From Phallusia mammillata (lineage: Eukaryota), in the NCBI GenBank assembly GCA_965637545.1, contig OZ281497.1, positions 3,472,001 to 3,536,000 of the forward strand: a stretch of DNA of 64,000 bases, given 5' to 3'. The notes beneath the pieces were generated by a model that did not search any database, was not told the origin of the DNA, and saw only the letters and a list, made by a program, of their open reading frames with translations. Below, piece after piece: positions 13,201-22,200 of the stretch; within the stretch, counting starts at the first letter, position 1, and the number at the start of each line of letters is the position of its first letter. The translations under genes and the position numbers were made by a program.

Positions 13201-16200
13201 AAACCAATTCAGTGTATGCTGTTAAAAAACGGCCATTGCATAACTTAATGACAATTGGGCGAGACATTAAATTGACTTTGAATTATTTGTTGTACAAGTC
13301 ATGGCCATCATAACGCAGTTGTAAACTTATCCCATTATGTCATAGGAAACATGCAGATAAGATAGGCTGACTGTACTGTTTCTATTTCAACTTAGATATA
13401 TTGAATGCATAATCATTTGCATATAGAGGGGCATTAATAGTACAACCCGAAATAACAATAGCAGTCACAATTCTTTCACATTCGCGTCACAATTAATAAT
13501 AGGATGTTCTAAATTTTACTTTTTATGTAGAAAAACGGATATGGCTCGACATAAAAAAGTTTTGCTTGATGTTAAATGCACGTTGTCTACCTAACTACCA
13601 AAATAAAAACTCCGCCAGGCCAGACATTTGCACGAAGTCAAAATAGACCCATTGTTTTGTAGGAAATGCTATTAAAAGTCGCATATGTAGGCCAAGGATA
13701 ATACTCTTTGAAAAAGTTTCATTAATCCTTTATCCCTTCCATGACCTTTAAAGTGTTATTAACGGCACTGTACATTGTTCACGAAGCAGTAAAATAAATC
13801 TTAATATCCAGTAAACTAAAACATACGTTTAGTCAGTGATGACGTCAAGTCACGTTTAATAAAGTAAAGTGACCTCATATCCTAAATTTAATTTTGTTCC
13901 AAATGTTACGCAAAACCAGGATTTTTCGAGACTGCTGTAAACGTTAACAAGTACATGATTTAAAGTCTCTTAATTTGTAGGTTTAAACTTGAAATATTGT
14001 TCCTTTAAAGGGAAAACCACTATTGTGCAGTAAAAACGTAGATTGATTAAAACGTAGGCAAAACGATTTGAAGCAAATTATTTTGCTGTAATTTCGCCTA
14101 AAAGCGCACGAAACGTTGTTGTTTTACACCAGGGGGTGCACAACTTGTGGGCATGCACTTCAATACTAAAAAGTGTTTTTTGTCCAGCAGTAGGGTCCCA
14201 GATACATCATAATATCAATGTCAGTTTTAGTCCAAATCTGGGGTTTCAAGTTCAAAAAAGCGGGTATTCGCCGGTTGTGATTAAAGTACATTAGTATTTT
14301 AGGTATATCACTCGTATGCTAGTTGTACCAGAGTTGTATATATGTCTAAAATTGGGCACCGAAACCGAAATTACAAACCCAAATAACGGTCGAAACCCTA
14401 ATCGTTTTTAAAAAGCCCGCTTAGGCCCGAAAGTTTGATTTACAGGTCTACACATGAAAGCCAACGGAAAGACAAATACAAACACAATTGACAATGGCCT
14501 TAAATAAGTCGTTTTAGTGCTGTTGGGCATTGGGTTAAGTCCAGGAAATAGCTACTTAATATAACAAAAAATAAGGACATATATTGTGATGTCAGGCCCG
14601 AATGGACCGACTTACAACGCTTGAGTTGTGCATCTGACTAAAATTCGACCCCATAGTTTTAACATCCATTTTCTACATCTAGGATTGACACCAATTCAAC
14701 TCGCTGCACACAAGAATGATTACGTCATGTTGAAGATCCTACATTCACACGGATTCAAGTAAGCGCAAGATTTTTAACGCCCTTGTGAAAACATACACTA
14801 CAGAACAGACGAATTTTTGCGCTATTTTTTCCCTATTTGGACAATACCAATGTAAAAGCATAGAGCAAATAAATGAAAAGCTGCAGACCGTGCACACTGT
14901 TTCGACCTATAAGGTCTCATTAATACCGCCGGTCTGTTGGAATGCCGTTGGATGGCTAGACTATGCCAATACAAGTACTGTCACCAGTTGTACTGATAAG
15001 ACCTTATAGGTCGAAACAGTGTGCACTGTCTGCAGCTGGATAATATCACCTTTGTTACAACCGACAAGGTATAGATACAAAATCGTAATTATTTTTAGCA
15101 ACATTTTTTCGTTATAGGTACACAAGACACGGACTTAAATAGTAGCTTTAGTACAAAACAAATTGCCAGCAAAGTTAAATAAAACGTATTCGTTTTATTG
15201 AACAGACGTTTTCGACTTTATATTTCACTGATGATGACAAAAGTTTTTTTGTCCAAACGTCTGTTCAATAAAATGAATACGTTTTATTCAACTTCGCTGG
15301 CAATGTTTTTGTGTATTTTGTGACATTTATATTGATTTGTCTTTGCATATGTAAGTAGACACTTAATTCGCCAAAATCCTCCATCTTTTACCTTCTTCAA
15401 CATTTTCGACCCTAGTTGTTTCGCAAAAGTCAAGAGCGCTTCCTCGCCTAAACAATGAGCGGAATTTTTTGCCCACAACAATTTTTTTTTTTAAGAATCG
15501 TACGCTTGACCAACCATGCAGAGCAAACCAAACAATCCTGGGACAAAATACCCCGAAACAAAACTCTTTCTAAATAGACCAAAACCAAAAAAGTTTCGAA
15601 CAATTTTCGTATTATAAACACATAACTTACTTTAGCAATTTGCAGATTTTTATATTGCTTTTTGCAGTAACCTAGTCTGTTGTGTAGGTCTAACGTTTGT
15701 AATCACAACATACCTGTCATTCTGTATTGAGCTGCAATACTACTGCCAGTTAGGGTTATTTCATGGCGTCTTTTGCACCCAATCTTATACAACTAAAAGC
15801 GAAAACGTACAAAAATTATAACCTTTGCGAGTTTTACAAAATTTCTGTTTGAAAATGTAAAGTAAATGCAAACCGACGAGGCTTACCACTGACATTCTTG
15901 TCCCCACAATAATAGCACAATGCCATTTTAGTTCAGCAGCATGCAGTAATGCCCTTTTAAATAAGATTAAAACACAACCCAAAAATTGGCTTAATTTAAG
16001 CTGTATACTGCAATCATTGTGTGACTGTCAAAAAATGTTTACGTAATTCTAACGTTATTTGACCCAAAACTGTGACATTGCAGTGTTTTGTAGTTCCTGA
16101 CAAAATGCCTCCTAGTTTGTTAGATGCAAATAGTCATGAATTGTTATTTCAGAATATCAAGCCAAAATACGTTGAAACGGCTATTTTCGCGTCGAAGCGA

Positions 16201-19200
16201 CCGTAACATTGATAACAACAACCAAGTTAAACCCTTTACCACTGTACTGGAAAAAAGCTGGGACGCTTCGAACAACAAGATTTTGTACTACCGAGCACGG
16301 GCAAGTCCTGCGTATATGATCATGATGTTTACGGAAGGAGACGACGGTATGTATATGAAAAAGGGTTAAAGTTACAACCCGATTGCTGTTGCATTTTCAA
16401 ATAATTGTGAAACGATATGGTGGTGTGCGCGGATAGCGGGTTTGAAAACACACTTTAATCGGTTGCATATCGCTCGTAAAATGTACAAAAACACAAAAAA
16501 TACGGTTTTAGGAAATACTAGCGCTTGATTGATAACGAAACTTGCAAGAAGTCACATCGTAATGCAGATTTTTTAAACGTCTGCAAATAAACTAGTACTT
16601 TGTTTAGCATTACACCAGTTGAACGACAAATTTGTTAAACGTCTGCAAATATTTAAACACAAGCTTTCAGAAAGTTTTTTTTATCTACTATAGTAGATAT
16701 TTTATCTATGAACTTTCCACAGTGTTTGTTATTTGAGTAACTGTTGTGGTTACAACTGGCGTGTTTTTGCTTAAAAAACTCTTATTCAATTCATGAAAAA
16801 ATAATTTGTACAGACTGTCGTGACTTTCTGGAAAACATTTTCGGGCTTTACCGCAAGTTAAAGAAGAAAGCAAACACTGAACCAACCGCACGATCTTTAT
16901 ACGTTCCCCTCGCTGAACAGGTAAATTACACTACCTGCCCTGTAATTTACGACCATGTTTTCAGCTTTTATAAACTCCGGCGACACGCATGATTATCCAA
17001 CGCTTTTACCCAAATAATTGCTTGAAGAGACCCTAAACAGCGGCATTCTCTGTATAGGTCAATAAAACATCACACAAAAATAGGTTAAAGTGTAAAAACA
17101 TGAAAAGTTGTGTTCAAATTTAACAATTTATTTTTCTGTTGGTTTTGTTATACTTAAACCCAGGGCCTACTTGGCATTTGTTCCCTGGGCAATGATTCAA
17201 AATTTTTGCTTTATAGTCGAGTATTGCCACATTGATTATTGGGTGCAAACCTAACGTAACAAAACTACTTTTCAAGCCCTTAAAAACAAAACAAAACTTG
17301 TCAAACTGTGTTTTAATCTTCAAATATATACAACTGTCACTTAATCTGCCAGAACTATTACTATTATCTAAACTTTTGCCTACAATTACTTGATACAGTT
17401 ATGGTTAAAATTTTAAACCATGTTTTTGGAGTAAAGAGCAGTTTGCTTTTGTCGGTTTGCACGCAATCAAGCACAGTTACTTTGTTAATGCATTCCAACC
17501 GGTTCAAGACTAGCTTATTTTCTGTAAAACATCCCCAGTAACATTGTCAGTGTTTCCTGAACTCAAATTCAGTCCCACGCGTTTCGTGTTGGTCACCTGA
17601 CCGCACTGAAAATCACGTGACACAAACTTTTTGGACGTGACAAGTTACATGTCCTCTATATCTTAAAAGCCTAAAAACATGGGTCACCAAAACCCAATGA
17701 CTCGTATTTTTGTCTCGGGTACAACTGTTTAGGAACAAGGGGTGTCAAATGGGTCAAAGGTTTTCTCAATACCTGACACAACATCTAAAAAACTAGTTTG
17801 AGCCAAAACTTGATTTCGGGCTAAACAAGAATGACAAAGCAAAACTGAACGACGTATTTTTCTGCACAGCAGTTTAGAACATAATGATGAAAATAATGGC
17901 CCAAATAGACGTAAACATGCATAAGCATTTCCTTTGTCGCTTTTTACGTCTATTTGGACCGTTATTTTCATCAAGAAACCGATGAACAAATTCGTACATG
18001 GTGTTCCAAAATTTAAACTTTACTTTTCAATCTTACTCATTCGGTGCCAAAATGCTTATTTATTGCTGGTTTTGGTTAATTTTACATGTTTTTGTCTCTA
18101 GGTCGAGGATTTTGCCTGTGATCTTTTAAGCGAAGTGAGATCACCCTCTGATTTAGCAGACCTCCTACGTTTTGATCCACCCGGTCAACCACGGAAGGTA
18201 AGTCACCCTAAAATCCCTTTACAAACAGAAAAAATCCTTTAACACTCATTTTCTGCTCTTATCAACCGTATTAGCATGTCATGAGATTTAATGTCAAATT
18301 GACCAGCACTCCTAATAAAATGTTAGATGTGGTTGCTTGCATACGGTTGCGTGTGTTGTGCTCTATATAGCCCGAACTCACTAGAAATTGTGGCCTAAAC
18401 AATCTTAAACACTTTGTCACAAGTGCAGCCTTCTTAACTTGTAAGTCATGTTTCGTTTAACCATTGCACAGTTACAAAACCAGCTAAGGTAAAATAACGA
18501 TTTAAAGAATGGAATAGGGCTTGGCCAAAAATAATGGTGATTAACTAACTGTGCAAATTTAAGTAACAATTTTGATAAAGTTACATGGTTGGTTGCACAA
18601 AGCTTGTCACTTAACTCGTTTTATAAATATACACAACCAATCTTGCGCACACGGGTTAATACAAAAGCGTTATTAAATACGTTATAGGTTAAGATCAGAA
18701 ATAATTAAAAGTCACGTTAATTAAATTTTGGCGGCTAGGATAAATTTATCAATTCTATTCTTGATTTGTCTTGCAGATAAAATTTGACATGCTTCGAACC
18801 GGCATATTAAATCTTTACCGGGTGGTACATGGTAATAATGTGGTTGGTCATGTCGTGCATAAACGCATAAAGCGCAACTCTGTGTACGCTACAATCTGTC
18901 ACGTCAATCAACTGGCTACTTAAAGTATTCCCTAGCTGACAGGACAGATTGCTTTATAACACAGGCTGTGTAAAATTTAAAATCTTTCGGTTCAACGCAA
19001 TAAAAACTGGGTCGTCTACTCGTCTGAAACGATTTTTTTTAGTAGGCCTATTTAAATCAGAAAATTTAATTAAAATGGGGTCTGTTGGAAAAAGCGATTG
19101 TTTAAAAATATGACATCTTTCCGTCGTTTTTGCATGTGGCGTTTTTTAATTGCTATTACAAAAATGGTCCCATGTCCCAAGGCTTCATTTGGCTGTAGCT

Positions 19201-22200
19201 TATGTATGGGGTACACAATATTGGAAAGACTTATTTAACTTTAAAAACGATGTAATAGCTTCCTCCTGCGCAAACTATACAAAAACCAAGTCATTCGTTC
19301 GGTTTACGACTACACTCCGCCATCTAGTGACAAAGTCATCAATTTAGTCACTAAAAACTAAATTTTAGTGTATTTCCATAGCACCGACCCAAACAAATTC
19401 ACCAAAGCATAAAGTTTGTCATTGATCGGTGGACAAATATTAAAAATACGATTTTGACTTCTATCAGCTTTCCATACAGTCGAATTCAGACCCAAAAGTT
19501 TTCTACTTTATGTTATTCTGGTCGTAGAAACGCATCAGCAAAACCATGTCCTCGGAAAACTATAAAATACTTTGAGCATTACGTACTTTTACAGACGCTG
19601 CAGAAGAACTACCTGGCCCCTATGCAACGCGGATTCGAGGTGCGGATGAAACGCTTTGTTGCACATGATAACTGTCAACTGGCATTGTCCTGTATTCGAC
19701 AAGGAACCCTGTTTGAAAGCGAGCACGGCTGGAGGACCCTTTTTGCTCGGGCTTTTCTTAGTATTATATTCCCCTTCCTCTGTCTTGCATTTATCGTCGC
19801 ACCAGACTCAAAGTAAGTTGATTATTTGGCTATTGTACCTAACCAATTTTTTGATCACCGATACTCTGGCTTACAAACGTGGTTAGAAATAGCTGTAGGA
19901 AACATTTATGTGCTGTTTGCCGTAAATCCTACAGTTTTGTATGGGAATCCATGTAAATCCTACAGTTTTGCAACGTCACATAAGATTTTTATCTAATGAA
20001 TACTTGTTCGCAAAGCTGCAAACCCAAACAAAATGGGCACACTCATAACCACTTAATATTACTCTTTGTCGCCATCTATCAGATGTTTTATAATTCAGAG
20101 GACAGAACAACAAGTGTTTTATGTTCTTCAGAGTCGGCAGTCTTTTACGTAACCCGATGGTGAACTTAGGATGTCACATGGCTTCGGAAATCATGTTCGT
20201 TATGTTGATCGATCTTCGACTAATAATTATGACGTATTCAAAGTGTGATTGTCTGGGAATGCAACCGTCAGCCATCGAGTGGTTACTCTTTGTGTGGATC
20301 ATAGCTCGGTTCGTGGATGAGGTGAGTGTAACTGTAAATAAATGTAGTCGACATTCCGAAAATGGCTCTTCAATAGATTGTAACAGGCGCAATTTTTGCT
20401 AGTGCTGTACAAGCAGATAGAAACATAACGCGGTGGCGGTACTGGCAACGCGTTCAGCCTTTATGCACCGAGTGTGCGCCATTCACTGTTTTGCGCTCCA
20501 TAACGTTTGGACTTTGCGCAGCTATTTCCGGCTTGCTGATTGCTTTGGTGGAATTATGTCGCTATGTTTTCTTTCACCAAGCGAAATAACCTAAACTAAA
20601 TTCTTTATGTTAAAGAATGTTGGTAGAGCACCAGCCTCCAGCCATAGATAAGCTCTTGTGATGTGTTTGAGTTTTTTTCTAACCCAGCAAGTCTTTTGTC
20701 TTTTTTTGGTCCACGCCACTAAGATGTTGTCTGGTACTTCACGCCCCTCTCTGAAACAGGCAAAAAGCTGTTTTCTTTTAGTGGAAAATCTACCCAAAGT
20801 TTTGAACACACATATGCACCAATGGGACTACCAGAAGTCTCCCCAGCCTAGTTGTAAACAGATGAACTAAAGACATTGCCTGTATGTGATTATTTAAAAT
20901 GTGTGTTACGTCACGGGGTATTGCGTCATAATATTCGGTTTTTCTTTACAACTCGTTTGTTGTTTGCTCAAAAACAATGCACTCCACTTGCAAAATACAG
21001 ATTAAATTTGTTTATTTAACTTTGAACTCACGCCCCCTTTGGATTTTTCTGACGCCTCCCTAGGGGGCGTGCCCCCCTGGTCAATAACCACTGTTCTTCA
21101 CGTGACTAGCTTGACGCACCTGTAGTAGACCTGATAAATCCTGTGATTAACATGGTAAGGTATCACTTTTCATGTATTCCATATTTTTCAGTTAAAGAAG
21201 TTTCGCGAAGTTCCTTTTGCTCAAAACTTCACGAACCAGTGGCGGTTGAACGACGTGGGCACAACGTGTTTGTTCGCTTTAGTGATTATATTGAAGATTG
21301 TCGATGTCGTGCTTCACAATCCATTGCACCAATGCCCCCCAACAACCCTTATTAGAGAGGTAAGTGTGCCACGATAGTAAACAGAGCGACTCGTTTCTGC
21401 TCCAGAGGTTATTGGTTTAAATCCGTCCTTGCCACGGTGTACACAAAGAAAAAAGCTTTCACGGCCTCGCTTTAACATAGCAACGGTGTTGTAGTTTTGG
21501 ACCATAGTCACCACTTTCCAAATCGAAAAAATCCAACACAAGATATTCTAACGTAACCAGAAGACGCAATACGACCACATGCAAAGTTGTTCGAAGAAAA
21601 AAATGGCATGTTTGGTAATCAATTTAACTTTAAGTCTTAATCTGGCGTTTTTTCACTGGAATTATGTACTTTTACGATACAGTAGAAATACCTAAATCAA
21701 CAATACCTAACTATGCTTTTCTGCTGATATAGTGCAACAGAGACCAATGGTTCATAAATGAAACGGTTCTGATCTCGCTTTCTGAGGCTTGTTTGGCGTT
21801 TGTCACCATTTTAATCCATATCAGAGCATTGGAGCTGCTTTACATTGACCGCACATTCGGTAAGGCTGGGTAAAACAGTTCGTTAAACACCACAGAAAAG
21901 TGTTTCGTCTGTGTTTATACCACATTGTCAGTTAAATGTATTCAACGCTAAAGTTCACTTTTCCTGTTTGACGAATTTCACTTGTTCAAGTACAATCTTC
22001 AGTTTGTGTTTACCTAAATAGACTTTAATTAGACTGAAGTTGACACTCTTTAGTTTGACAAGTATCCATTTTGACAGTCCTCGGTTTGACAAATATCTAT
22101 TTTGACAATCTTCAGTTTGACAGATATCCACGCTTACAGTCCTGAGTTTGACAAATATGTTATCCATTTTGACAGTATTCAGTTTGACAGATATCCATTT

